From: a virus
Lineage: Duplodnaviria > Caudoviricetes
DNA length: 63,282 nt
IMG/VR virus record: IMGVR_UViG_3300043772_000427
Location: 1 to 63,282 of that record
Direction: 5' to 3' (one strand)
Part shown: piece after piece, positions 46,516 through 56,460 of the stretch
Layout: every line of letters starts with the position of its first letter
Numbering within the stretch: position 1 is the first letter of the stretch
The notes under the pieces: model-generated
What the model saw: the letters and a program-made list of their open reading frames with translations, nothing else
The model's database searches: none
What the model was told of the DNA's origin: nothing
Translations under genes and position numbers: made by a program

Positions 46516-47027
46516 TTCCCAAACGCCCGGCCACCAAAGTGGAACGCTATGATTGAAGCAAACAACGCTTGGGTGTCAGAGTCCCACAGCATCTCGGCCA
46601 ACTCAGTGAACGGTACACCACGGCTCCAGCCGTAGGCAAACAGGCCGATGTCAATAAACAACAGCAGGAAGAAGAAGCCGTAGGTGATGACTGGGCGAAC
46701 AGAAGCTCGGAGGTTCTTCATCCATGTGGATGTACCCTCGTTTAAACTCATATCGTGGGCGTAGATAGCTTGCATTTCTGCCTGCTGTGCACCAATCAAA
46801 ACCTGTTTAGTATTGGCCGCGCTCTCTGTTTCTAGCTGCTCAGACTTGATATGTTCAATTCTTTCTTGAGCCTCAAAGCCTGCTTTACGCAGTTCAAGCT
46901 CGCGGGTGATCTGCATCTGGGCAAGATTTAACTCATGCTTTTTATCCGCCCGGTCTTGAAAGAATTCCAGAATCTTGGGCAAACCGCCCATTAAAAACGA
47001 AATTAGCGTGGAGAGTAGTGTCAGCAT
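46512..47027 (-). CDS. putative holin (membrane protein)
   Basis: N-terminal hydrophobic helix, RASVRPVITY transmembrane segment, IIAFHFGGR; coupled to the lysozyme gene. Confidence 0.6.
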   Translation of the reverse strand: MLTLLSTLISFLMGGLPKILEFFQDRADKKHELNLAQMQITRELELRKAGFEAQERIEHIKSEQLETESAANTKQVLIGAQQAEMQAIYAHDMSLNEGTSTWMKNLRASVRPVITYGFFFLLLFIDIGLFAYGWSRGVPFTELAEMLWDSDTQALFASIIAFHFGGRAFGK

Positions 47028-47036
47028 AATGATCCT

Positions 47037-47648
47037 TTACTGTTTACTTTTACTGAGCATAGTACTTGCAATCTGCAGCATCCCTATGGCTTTGGTTAAA
47101 TCCTTGGGTTCTTTTTCCCACCCGACCGTAATCTGTCCAACAAACCGGCCCTGCTCTGGCGGCACACTGACCCGGCATCCAAAGGTTACACCCTTGTCGA
47201 TATACCACAATCCAATCTCGCTTTGGGGCGCGGCATATTCACTACAAGGTATCTCATTGGCCATCAACGCAACCACATCACGGTTGTTGGCTGAACTCTG
47301 TGTAAACAACCCTACGTCTAAACCTTCATGGGTTCTGTCCCTGCCCTCGCGGGTATACGCCCGATATAGCACCCTTGTACCAAACAGAGGGTTGACTTTG
47401 AATATCGCCACCACCGCCGCATTGGTGTTCTTGAACAAATGCGCTGCAACGTCTTCCGCCCTGTCCTCTGCAATCGTTGGGAGCTTCTTATTCTCTTTGT
47501 ACGCCTCAAACAAAAAGGCTTGGTTCTGCCAGACAAAGTACCCAGAGAAAGCAAGCACCGCCATGAGTATCAGCGCAAACAGTTTAAACGGGCTGTCTAC
47601 GTAGGACAGCACCTTACTCAATACGTCTGCTGGCTTCTCGTCACTCAT
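47037..47648 (-). CDS. single-TM protein with large soluble domain (T4 gpT-like holin candidate)
   Basis: Transmembrane segment at about aa 22-40, two Cys, C-terminal CRVSVP...VGQITVGW. Confidence 0.5.
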   Translation of the reverse strand: MSDEKPADVLSKVLSYVDSPFKLFALILMAVLAFSGYFVWQNQAFLFEAYKENKKLPTIAEDRAEDVAAHLFKNTNAAVVAIFKVNPLFGTRVLYRAYTREGRDRTHEGLDVGLFTQSSANNRDVVALMANEIPCSEYAAPQSEIGLWYIDKGVTFGCRVSVPPEQGRFVGQITVGWEKEPKDLTKAIGMLQIASTMLSKSKQ

Positions 47649-47794
47649 AGACCAACCATTCCAAGTACTTTATTCACAATTTTGTCCGAAATAAAGTTCG
47701 GCAATATCTTGATGAAGTCTAAAAACAGATTTGCACCCCACCAAGCACCAATAATCTTGAAGCTCATGTCAGCGGCTTTTTGGTACTCGTTCAC
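47645..47794 (-). CDS. 49-aa amphipathic peptide (not in the ORF track)
   Basis: GTG start, coupled on both sides; NEYQKAADMSFKIIGAWWGANLFLDFIKILP... Confidence 0.55.
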   Translation of the reverse strand: MNEYQKAADMSFKIIGAWWGANLFLDFIKILPNFISDKIVNKVLGMVGL

Positions 47795-48282
47795 CGCCCG
47801 CACCTTACTTTAGCGCAGTGCTCCATAACCTCGTAGACTCCAACGTACAACATAAACAACAGGATCGCAAGGCCACCCAGCATCAGGCCAAACTCCAGTT
47901 GCTCCTGCTCTTTCTGTTTACGCTTCTTCTCTTCTTCCTTCTCCCGCCTAGCGGTGTGGGCATCTTCCACATCCATTGCCTGCGCTCTGGCTTTGATTTT
48001 GTTCCACACATCAATCTTGCCCGCTTGCATGAACAGTATCTGCAAGTCAGCCTCAAACGTCTTGGCTTGGTCAAGCGCCATCTCAATCTGAAGCGCGGTC
48101 CCCATAGAGGAACCACCCTTTTTCTTAGACTCTACAACAGCCTTAGCCGCAGTTGACTTAGCATCAAAATACTTACCCAGCATTGGCCCAAGCGAAGCCA
48201 CATCATCCACAGTCTTAGAAGCCTGCTTAATCAGTTTTACTGCAGACTGAATACCGGCTAGGGCCGTGATCGGATCAATCAT
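47791..48282 (-). CDS. membrane protein (C-terminal TM)
   Basis: MIDPIT start, coiled coil, C-terminal hydrophobic helix. Confidence 0.7.
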   Translation of the reverse strand: MIDPITALAGIQSAVKLIKQASKTVDDVASLGPMLGKYFDAKSTAAKAVVESKKKGGSSMGTALQIEMALDQAKTFEADLQILFMQAGKIDVWNKIKARAQAMDVEDAHTARREKEEEKKRKQKEQEQLEFGLMLGGLAILLFMLYVGVYEVMEHCAKVRCGR

Positions 48283-48289
48283 GTTTAAA

Positions 48290-50152
48290 CTACGATGTGA
48301 TTGTTTGACCTACAGAACCCCCAGCCAAGTACGCGCCATTGGCATACACAACGCCGCCGGGAGAAGTTACGGAGGTTCTTAACACCCAGTTAATACCATC
48401 TGCGCTTGTTGCAATACCAGTCGTTTGAGACACAACAACAAAGTTAAATCCGTTGTAATACAAGTTAGAAGCCACAGAAACTTTTGCATCAACTTGTGTA
48501 AAACTCACGCCATCAGTGCTATATGCCACGCAATTTGTAACTGTTGATGGATTTGTACCGCAAGCCAAGAATAAGCCGTTGGCATAAATAACATCAGTCA
48601 AACCGCTGGGTGGGAGATTGGTCGGGGTGAAATAAATCCATGTAACGCCACCATCGCTGGACTTAGCCATAGCTGAACTGTCTGACTTGTAGTAATACAA
48701 AGATGCTCCATCCGACACAAGGTACCCAACGGAACCTGTAAATGGCCCAGACGCAGAAACGGTAGTCCAAGTTGAGCCGTCCGATGACGACTTAACATCG
48801 CTTGTGGCTAAATTTATAGTTAAAAAATTAGAACCATCCCAAGCAATTGCAGCATTGGAACTACTCACGCCGCTGGGGTTTGTCCAAGTAGTTCCGTTCG
48901 TTGTACGCGCTGGAGCACAAGTGCCGTCAGTGGAAAAGGCCAATAGCGCAGACGGGGATTGAACAAAACGAATGTTGGAGGTTGACGTAGCGCTAGTGCC
49001 GCTTAATCCGTTGCCAGCAGTCCATGTAGTTTTGTTGGAGCTGGAATAAGCAAGGATGTTGGTAGTTCCATACAACGATGGCCCCGCCAGCAGGTACAAA
49101 GAATTAAAATACGCTGCATCAGTTGCCTGAAAGAAAGGCGGAATGCTTGGGTAATATGTTGCAGTAAATCCACCTGTTGCTAGCGTTGTACTTGTATATG
49201 CAACTGGGTATTGCGGAAAGCCAGCCCCAGCCACACCGGGCAAAACATACGTTGAACCGACAACAGATAGATTAAATTGGCTGACTGTATTTCTTAAACA
49301 GGTAAAGTTGTAAGGCGATGTGCCCACAAATGTTGGCATTGTGGTTCCGCTAGAACTTTCGTAAAAAGCAAAAGAAGAACGAAATACAAATCTACTCCCG
49401 TCCCAGCAAACATATCGCATATTTGTTGGTGAGGTACTTGAACCAACCAATGTCCATGTCGTACCATTGGTGCTGGTGTAAACATAATAAGTTGAAGAAC
49501 TTGTATTGCTTGAAACACCCACTAATCGAGAGCCACTCCACGCAATAGACAGCGTATTGTTACTAACGCCAAGGTTTCCGCGATCAGTCCAAGCCAAGCC
49601 ATCCGTACTAGAGTACGCTTTCATGTTGGCGCTCATTACCCATAAAGATAAAGAACTTGCGTATACCAAAGACCTTGCTGTATTTTGAACTGTAGCGGGG
49701 CCAATGGTTGTTCCGGTTGTCCAAGATGTACCGTTATCTGCTGTTTTATATGAGAAGAAGCCACTAAACGTCACCATATTGGTTCCGTCACCAGCAACAC
49801 CGTTTAACGTAGCAGATACGGGCGCAGTCTTCTCCGTCCAAGTCAATCCGTCTGAACTAACAGCAATATATCCCAGAGAGCCAAACGCCACAAACTGTGA
49901 GTTGACATAACTAACACCTGTGATCGCAACACTGGGGTTTGATGGTGTGATTGTGTATAGGCTGAAGTTAACTGTGTCGGTGCTGTACGAGATGGTATTG
50001 CCCGTACCAAGGAGTAAAGTGACTGACCCAGACGTTGCGGAGTCTCTCCAATATACAACAGGAGCTGGGCTAGGTGTATTGCTAGTCCATGTTACGCCAG
50101 GCTGAGTTCCCCCTGCGCTGGCTGCCGCCAGAAGAGTGCTCGTAATGTCCAT
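48290..50152 (-). CDS. putative receptor-binding protein with Asp-box/BNR repeats
   Basis: Many S-x-D/N-G-x-x-W repeats; Ser/Thr-rich; beta-propeller-like. Confidence 0.7.
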   Translation of the reverse strand: MDITSTLLAAASAGGTQPGVTWTSNTPSPAPVVYWRDSATSGSVTLLLGTGNTISYSTDTVNFSLYTITPSNPSVAITGVSYVNSQFVAFGSLGYIAVSSDGLTWTEKTAPVSATLNGVAGDGTNMVTFSGFFSYKTADNGTSWTTGTTIGPATVQNTARSLVYASSLSLWVMSANMKAYSSTDGLAWTDRGNLGVSNNTLSIAWSGSRLVGVSSNTSSSTYYVYTSTNGTTWTLVGSSTSPTNMRYVCWDGSRFVFRSSFAFYESSSGTTMPTFVGTSPYNFTCLRNTVSQFNLSVVGSTYVLPGVAGAGFPQYPVAYTSTTLATGGFTATYYPSIPPFFQATDAAYFNSLYLLAGPSLYGTTNILAYSSSNKTTWTAGNGLSGTSATSTSNIRFVQSPSALLAFSTDGTCAPARTTNGTTWTNPSGVSSSNAAIAWDGSNFLTINLATSDVKSSSDGSTWTTVSASGPFTGSVGYLVSDGASLYYYKSDSSAMAKSSDGGVTWIYFTPTNLPPSGLTDVIYANGLFLACGTNPSTVTNCVAYSTDGVSFTQVDAKVSVASNLYYNGFNFVVVSQTTGIATSADGINWVLRTSVTSPGGVVYANGAYLAGGSVGQTITS

Positions 50153-50161
50153 GCCAACTCC

Positions 50162-50908
50162 TTAAGCTGCGTAGCCAGTCAAAGAAGCAGCCCGCCATAC
50201 TGTGCCGCCATCGCTAGTGACAAACATCAACAAAGCCTTAGTTCCCGCAGAAAAAGATGGTGCAACACTGTTAGGCCAGTACACAGAAGCAGGCCATGTA
50301 ATAGCACCACTTGTGTAAGTTAACTGCAAGGTAAACCCAAAGGCCGTTCCTGTAGCGGGTGGATTACTAAAAGTAAAGGTTGTTGAGCCTGCGACCGTCT
50401 TTGTAAAGTAGGTGGCTGTGGAGCAATCAATGTCAGAGGCGGCAACAGCTGTTACGTTATTGGCAGTTTGGCCTGAAAGCAAAGCACTGTAAATTACCGT
50501 ATCTGCGGGCTTAACATTGGTTGCATCGTTGTATACAAATGCACGGCGTCCATTAGGGATGGTTACGCCTGTACCACTGCTGTTGCTGATTGTGATGGAC
50601 TGCCCACCGGTTGTGTTGTTGATGACCAAATATGGTTTTTCAATCGCTGGTACAAACAATGTACGGGTCGCAGTCAAACTACCAGAAGAAGTTAAATTTA
50701 AAGCAAAGTTACGTGCAGACTGGCTGGCTGTCGTGTCTGTTAACGTAATGGTTTTATTGGCATCCGTGGCAAAGTTCACAGTATCCATGCCAACAATTGC
50801 TTCTTCAATGGCCGTGCCGATGTTGGAGTTAGTGGTTGTACCCCAAGATCCGGACTGCTCGCCCGTGCCGATTAGCTCAAATTTAAGATTGGAAAAGCTG
50901 CTTGACAT
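50162..50908 (-). CDS. tail fibre-associated protein
   Basis: ELIGTGEQSGSWGTTTN N-terminus; ITWPASVYWP...T.DGG C-terminal domain. Confidence 0.65.
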   Translation of the reverse strand: MSSSFSNLKFELIGTGEQSGSWGTTTNSNIGTAIEEAIVGMDTVNFATDANKTITLTDTTASQSARNFALNLTSSGSLTATRTLFVPAIEKPYLVINNTTGGQSITISNSSGTGVTIPNGRRAFVYNDATNVKPADTVIYSALLSGQTANNVTAVAASDIDCSTATYFTKTVAGSTTFTFSNPPATGTAFGFTLQLTYTSGAITWPASVYWPNSVAPSFSAGTKALLMFVTSDGGTVWRAASLTGYAA

Positions 50909-50917
50909 ATTAAATCC

Positions 50918-53155
50918 TTACGGGAGAACCGGGTTCCAGCCCGGTGTTTGGGTGTCGTCTACATCCGTCCAACCAGATGTTTGCGTATTGTTGACATTTT
51001 GCCAGTTTGTTGTCTGGCTGTCATCTACTGCCAACCATGTTGTTGTCTGAACATTGTTTATATCACCCCAGTTGGCAACTTGGTCATCGTTAATATCAAT
51101 CCACAGGAACGCGCCAATCAGGGAATCCGCAAGCGTTGCAGACTCTAGCACCTGTGCGTTGTAGATCGAGCCGGGTGGGTTGACCTGATCCAGCATCTGC
51201 GCAACCGCCAGAACTATGGCGTTGTAGATTGATCCGGGAGGCGATACCTCGTCAGCAATGTTGGCAGACTCTGCCGTCTGTGCAACAAAAACAGCTAAGG
51301 CGGACGCAACATCCGTAGCGGTCGCGGACTCCGAGATTGCGGCAAGCGGTATAAACGCCGCGCTGTTGGTTTCTGCTCCTGTGGCTGCCTCTATGACGGC
51401 GCTTGGGAATGTAGCTGCCGCTTGTACTGCGTCTTGAAGCGTTGCCAGCTCAACAACCGGTGCTGAGTAAGTAGACCCCGGAGCGTTAACAGAATCTGTT
51501 AAGGTGGCAATCTCTTGCAAAATACTTTGGAACACTGCACTGGCTGACACTTCGTCCAAGCCGGAAACAGCCTCTACAACAGCAGCAGCAAGATCACGAA
51601 GGGCGCTGACCTGATCCGCACCAGAGGCAGACTCTGAAATCTGTACGGCTATTACCAAGAAGCCAAGCACAATGTCTTGGGCTGAGGATGCCTCTGTGAC
51701 CTGCGACTGGAATACGGCCACTGCGTTTTGGCTGTCTATCCCGCTGGCTGTCTCAGCAACATTGCTTAACTGAACTGCAGAAGAAGCTGTGGCATCAACA
51801 CCACTAGAGGCTTCGGAGATTGCGCTGCCAAGCAATGCAAGGGCGGCAACCACATCGGCTCCACTGGAAGTCTCGGCAACTACGCCGCCAACCGAAACAC
51901 GAGTGCTTGCTGCGTCTGCGCCGCTGGCTGCTTCGGAGGCATTTGCCACCAGTGTTTGAGCGCCGGATACCGTATCAACGCCGCTTGCCGTTTCAGAAAG
52001 TAAAGATGGGAAGCTGATAAACCCGACCGTCGAGTCAATACCGCTTGCCGTTTCCAAGACAATTCCGCCAAACGTGGCGAGAGAAGAAACTGTGTCAATC
52101 CCGCTTGCAGTCTCAGAAGCAGAAGATGTGAAAACAACGGTAGATGCGTTGCTATCCAGACCACTTGCGGTTTCGCTTGCAACGCTAACGAGCACCGTCA
52201 ACGCTGATGCCGCATCAATCCCGCTGGCTGTTTCGGAGGCGGAAGACGCAAAAACGGGGGATACTGAGGTGCTGTCCACGCCGCTGGCGGCTTCGGAAAT
52301 AGCTCCGGGCAATGCTCTAAGCCCCGCTACGGTATCTACACCGCTGGCTGTTTCGGAAACTGCGCTTCCAAGCGAGGCAAGGGCTGAAGTTGTGTCAATA
52401 CCACTGGAGGTTTCGGCTATTGCGCCACCAAGCACTGCGAGACTGGATACGGAATCAACTGCACTGGCTGTTTCAGATACGCTCCTGCCAACACCTGAGA
52501 AGGCTGTCACACTGTCCACGCCGCTTGCTGTTTCAGAAATAACAGGAGTAAGAACTGCAGATCCCTCTATGGCGTCAACTCCGCTTGCGGCTTCAATAAT
52601 TGACTGCGTGTAAACAGGGAACGACGCAATATCATCAACTCCGCTTGCGGTTTCGGAAACTGCGCTGCCTAAAACGGCCAATACCGACACAGCATCAACG
52701 CCACTGGAGGTTTCGGAAACTGCGCCTCCCAGCTGCGCAGACGATGAAACAGTGTCAATACCGCTGGCAGATTCAGAGGCGCTAGAAGTAAAAACTGCAC
52801 TTCCTGCTGTGGCGTCAGCTCCGCTTGCGGCTTCGGCAATGCTACTTGGCAGTGTTAGGGATGCGCTCTGGGCGTCAACTGCGCTGGCTGTTTCGGCAAC
52901 AGCGCTATTTAATGACGCAAACGCGGACGTTGCATCAATCCCACTGGCCGACTCCGCTATGGCGATCCCCAAAGCAGCCAACGCTGAAACAACGTCAATC
53001 CCGCTGGCGGACTCGTTGATTGCGCCACCAAATACAACAAACGCTGCTACGGCGTCAACCCCGCTTGCGGCTTCGCTTATGCTGGCGTTATAAATCGCCC
53101 CGCCAAAAGGCAGGGTCGAGTACGGCGTTTCTGAAAAAGCGGAGAAGCCAAACAT
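50918..53155 (-). CDS. fibre-like protein with 19-aa tandem repeats
   Basis: MFGFSAFSETP start; E-[TAS]-A-S-G-x-D every 19 aa; C-terminal Trp repeats every 11 aa. Confidence 0.75.
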   Translation of the reverse strand: MFGFSAFSETPYSTLPFGGAIYNASISEAASGVDAVAAFVVFGGAINESASGIDVVSALAALGIAIAESASGIDATSAFASLNSAVAETASAVDAQSASLTLPSSIAEAASGADATAGSAVFTSSASESASGIDTVSSSAQLGGAVSETSSGVDAVSVLAVLGSAVSETASGVDDIASFPVYTQSIIEAASGVDAIEGSAVLTPVISETASGVDSVTAFSGVGRSVSETASAVDSVSSLAVLGGAIAETSSGIDTTSALASLGSAVSETASGVDTVAGLRALPGAISEAASGVDSTSVSPVFASSASETASGIDAASALTVLVSVASETASGLDSNASTVVFTSSASETASGIDTVSSLATFGGIVLETASGIDSTVGFISFPSLLSETASGVDTVSGAQTLVANASEAASGADAASTRVSVGGVVAETSSGADVVAALALLGSAISEASSGVDATASSAVQLSNVAETASGIDSQNAVAVFQSQVTEASSAQDIVLGFLVIAVQISESASGADQVSALRDLAAAVVEAVSGLDEVSASAVFQSILQEIATLTDSVNAPGSTYSAPVVELATLQDAVQAAATFPSAVIEAATGAETNSAAFIPLAAISESATATDVASALAVFVAQTAESANIADEVSPPGSIYNAIVLAVAQMLDQVNPPGSIYNAQVLESATLADSLIGAFLWIDINDDQVANWGDINNVQTTTWLAVDDSQTTNWQNVNNTQTSGWTDVDDTQTPGWNPVLP

Positions 53156-53179
53156 GGCTTACTCTACCAATTTTTTACT

Positions 53180-53443
53180 TCAGCAGTCTTGCGCATTTTC
53201 AAAGCCAACTTGCAGCTTCAGGTCGGCATACAAGCCATCCATCAAGTTGCCTTGTGGTGTAGCGCAATAGAAAGCGTGTTGTGCGACTTCCTGTGCGTTT
53301 GCTTGACGGGCATCAGCATTGGCAGACACTGACACTTGGTATTGCACCTGATCCTTGTTGCCAAAGATGTTGGTGATACGTGCGTAAGCGTCTGTGAAAG
53401 GGACGCCGACATTGCTTGTGGAGATAGAGATTTTCAGAGCCAT
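53180..53443 (-). CDS. small tail-fibre-associated protein (possible chaperone)
   Basis: MALK...GV...AYARI...Y..LK....F..A.DC; AAAGGA RBS. Confidence 0.6.
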   Translation of the reverse strand: MALKISISTSNVGVPFTDAYARITNIFGNKDQVQYQVSVSANADARQANAQEVAQHAFYCATPQGNLMDGLYADLKLQVGFENAQDC

Positions 53444-53453
53444 GATGTTTCCT

Positions 53454-54773
53454 TTAAAAAGTGACTTCAGTTGTTTCAATTTTTGTTACCCAGCGGATTG
53501 TGGTTGCTGCTGCACCAGTAACTTCAACTTTAATGCCGCCGTTAGTAGTGTCAGCAGTAATAGCCAAAACCCAAGTAACAGCACCTGCATCTTGGGCAAT
53601 CACCAATGGAGTAACAGCCGCAACCAAAGCTGTGGACGCAGCGTTAGCGCCTCGCTTAATAACGCCTTCAAACTTCCAGCCTGATGTAGTACCGCCAGCC
53701 GTGACGTTGGCAATGCAAGTGCCTTGGAATGTATAGGCGCTGTTGTTGGGTAGGATTACTTGGTTGGTTGTGGATGCGGCAGATGTGTTGCTTGTTAAAA
53801 CTGTTGCAGTTGCATCAGTTGTTTGGCGACCAAGTAACAATGTTGCAAGTTGCTGAACACCTGTTGTTGCGTTAATAGGAGCAGCACTTGCAGGCAAAAC
53901 CGTGTTGCCCTGTATTAATCTTGTTGTTCCAGACCTCCCACCAGCAACAATGCCACTGTTACTGTTTGCAGTATTGGATTGACCCCCAACAACAGAAGCA
54001 TTAGTAGCGTTTGCAGTATTAAATGATCCGCCTAAAATTGCTGAATAAGTCCCACTTGCCGCGCTAGTTTCGCCGCCAACAACAGCAGCACTTGTACCGC
54101 TTGCTGTGTTGCTTGACCCACCAACAACAGCAGCACTTGAACCGCTTGCTGTGTTAGTGCCGCCACCAACAACTGCTGCTAAATCCGCGCTTGCTGTGTG
54201 ACCCGAGCCACCAATAACAGTAGCTCTTATATTGTTTACTGTGCTGTTTTGACTGCAAAAAACTGAAGCATAAGATGCGCTTGCTGTATTGCCTGAACCT
54301 CCAATAACAGCAGAATAAGGCTGAGTTGCTTTATTTCCTGATCCTGCCAAAACCACAGCATAGTGGTTTGCACTAGAAGCAGGCGCAGAGTTTAAAGTAA
54401 CCCACCCAGTTGCAACGTATCCACTAACACTACCAAAACTAATTAAATTTTTAGAATAACAAATGTCAACAGTTTGACCTGCGCCAATATTTAATATTTC
54501 AACTAATGTGCCAAGAGAAGAAACATCTGAAGCATACAAAAATATTTGTTGCGCCGAACTACCAAATATTGTGTTAACAATTTTTATTTGCTTACCCTCT
54601 ATTGGAGCCGAAGGCAAATAAAGTTGTATTGCAGTTGTATTGCCGCCAGTACGGATTATTTGTATAGGAGCGCAATCATCTGCAAGTGAAACTCTTGCAG
54701 TTCCTGTATATGGCCTAAAGAAATCCCACACCTGAATTGCAGGTGTGTTCTCGGATGCAAACCCCGTAAACAT
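53454..54773 (-). CDS. tail fibre / adhesin with YadA-head-like repeats
   Basis: 14-aa repeats of the form SAVVGGxxNTASG. Confidence 0.7.
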   Translation of the reverse strand: MFTGFASENTPAIQVWDFFRPYTGTARVSLADDCAPIQIIRTGGNTTAIQLYLPSAPIEGKQIKIVNTIFGSSAQQIFLYASDVSSLGTLVEILNIGAGQTVDICYSKNLISFGSVSGYVATGWVTLNSAPASSANHYAVVLAGSGNKATQPYSAVIGGSGNTASASYASVFCSQNSTVNNIRATVIGGSGHTASADLAAVVGGGTNTASGSSAAVVGGSSNTASGTSAAVVGGETSAASGTYSAILGGSFNTANATNASVVGGQSNTANSNSGIVAGGRSGTTRLIQGNTVLPASAAPINATTGVQQLATLLLGRQTTDATATVLTSNTSAASTTNQVILPNNSAYTFQGTCIANVTAGGTTSGWKFEGVIKRGANAASTALVAAVTPLVIAQDAGAVTWVLAITADTTNGGIKVEVTGAAATTIRWVTKIETTEVTF

Positions 54774-55216
54774 TAGTAATCCCCGCCAATGGCAGTTAAA
54801 TGGAATCCTGCCGCAACAGCCGTACCAAACGTAGCGTACACACGATACCCTGCTGCCAAACTGATGTTCAAAGGCAAAATGATGTCTGGAAGTTCTGCTG
54901 TTTGAGATACGGTTGTTGCAGACAAGGTGCGCTCAAGATACAGCGTGTTGTTGGCTGCTGTTGTAGTCACTGATCCGTTGTTCAACCAGATGCGGATAAC
55001 AGTCGCCACGTTAGTTCCAAGCGCCCTAACCTTGATGAAATCAAGTCGTGAGCCTTCCACCGCACCCGCTGTTTCAATCGGGCCGTAGATCGTGCCAGCA
55101 GTTAGGTCTGTGGTCGTGTTGGCTGTTAGGCCGGGAGTACCCGCAGTTGCGGCTGTTCCGCTTACCCAAGAGTTAACAGGGATTAGCGGAAAAATAGGGT
55201 TTGTATTCTGTGCCAT
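54773..55216 (-). CDS. virion structural protein
   Basis: MAQNTNPIF...GGDY; beta-rich; coupled to its neighbours. Confidence 0.6.
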   Translation of the reverse strand: MAQNTNPIFPLIPVNSWVSGTAATAGTPGLTANTTTDLTAGTIYGPIETAGAVEGSRLDFIKVRALGTNVATVIRIWLNNGSVTTTAANNTLYLERTLSATTVSQTAELPDIILPLNISLAAGYRVYATFGTAVAAGFHLTAIGGDY

Positions 55217-55669
55217 TTACATTGCTCCGATTGACCAAGATTGTAATTTGGGGATAGGTGAAGATGATCCTCCACCACCTGCCGCCTGAAAAGTTGCGGC
55301 TACGTTAGGTCCGTTGGAGGTAAGCACCTGTCCAGCTGTGCCAAAGTTGTTACTTGCTACAACAGCATACTCAGCGGGGTACGTGACAAAGACGTCTTTG
55401 GTGCCTGCGGAGAATGTAACGAGCGAGCCAGAATTGCTGGACTCTAAAACGGTGTCCCGACTAAGCGTAGTTCCGGAAGACGTATACGTGCCAATGCCAA
55501 CCTCCCACTCCGTAGAGGGGGACTGACCAACAATGGCGTAGTAGGTTACGTTGGCATTACCAACAACCGAAAAAGATTGAAAGCCGGAGACTGCCCCGGC
55601 CAGTGTTATGGTACCCGTACCCGTGGAGGTCGTGGTTTCCTTGACCCTGTCCTTGAGTACGAGTGCCAT
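55217..55669 (-). CDS. tail fibre base / adaptor protein
   Basis: LKDRVKETT...GTG, EWEVGIG, LSR..V..SSN, GTKDVFVTYPA. Confidence 0.65.
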   Translation of the reverse strand: MALVLKDRVKETTTSTGTGTITLAGAVSGFQSFSVVGNANVTYYAIVGQSPSTEWEVGIGTYTSSGTTLSRDTVLESSNSGSLVTFSAGTKDVFVTYPAEYAVVASNNFGTAGQVLTSNGPNVAATFQAAGGGGSSSPIPKLQSWSIGAM

Positions 55670-55672
55670 AAA

Positions 55673-55852
55673 TTACGCCTGTTCTAACTGAGCCTCTTCA
55701 AACCAGCGCTGCGTGACGTTACCATCCGCATCAGTCCACTCAATCATGTAGAAGAAGTTGCCGTCTTCGTCCATGCGCAGAGCTTGAACTGGGCCTTCTG
55801 GTACGACTGCGATCAATTTGACAGCTTGGCCTTTTGCAAATTTTGTTGCCAT
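55673..55852 (-). CDS. small protein, 59 aa (not in the ORF track)
   Basis: AGGAG RBS; MATKFAKGQAVKL...EWTDADG...RWFEEAQL (SH3-like/DUF2158-like pattern). Confidence 0.65.
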   Translation of the reverse strand: MATKFAKGQAVKLIAVVPEGPVQALRMDEDGNFFYMIEWTDADGNVTQRWFEEAQLEQA

Positions 55853-55866
55853 GATTTAACTCCTGA

Positions 55867-56451
55867 TTAAGTCGCTGTTAAGCTGAATGTGTAAGTTACG
55901 TTCAAGGTATCGCCTGACACCACCGAGCGGTCGCCGGGAGATTGAAAGTCAGAAGCCGAGAACAAGATACCAGTAGTGCCGGACTTGGTGCTGTTGCTGA
56001 TCAAAAACGCACCAGCAATTGTTGAAGTGGCATTGATGCTAAATGAAGCCGGAGAAGCTGAGTTAGTCTGCACGGATGGGTTGGCTGTGGTGGCCGTACC
56101 AAATGTGGCAGCGGGGCGAGTTGCGTTGCTGTAACCGACGTTCTCTGTCCAACCACCGTGAGAGGAGGCGGTGTCGCCAGCCGCAATCGTAGTGCCAGAA
56201 CCCGGACCGTCAATCAGACCGATAAACCAAGCGGCTGTGTACGCAGAACCTTTAAAATACTGAGCGTTCATGTCCTGTAGACCGACGTTCACCACCAAGT
56301 TGTGGGAGCTGTGTTCCCACTTTAGCTTGCCGTCTTTGTCGAAGCACTGGAGTGTATAGACACCGCCAGCGCCAACGCCTTCGGTTACAGGTTTTGCAGT
56401 TGCCAAGGCTGCGGCTACGATGTCTGTAGAGCGGGCGATTTCATTAAACAT
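55867..56451 (-). CDS. virion structural protein (tail)
   Basis: KW....NLVVNVG, GAFL, GDTLNVTY. Confidence 0.65.
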   Translation of the reverse strand: MFNEIARSTDIVAAALATAKPVTEGVGAGGVYTLQCFDKDGKLKWEHSSHNLVVNVGLQDMNAQYFKGSAYTAAWFIGLIDGPGSGTTIAAGDTASSHGGWTENVGYSNATRPAATFGTATTANPSVQTNSASPASFSINATSTIAGAFLISNSTKSGTTGILFSASDFQSPGDRSVVSGDTLNVTYTFSLTAT

Positions 56452-56460
56452 GATATTTCC

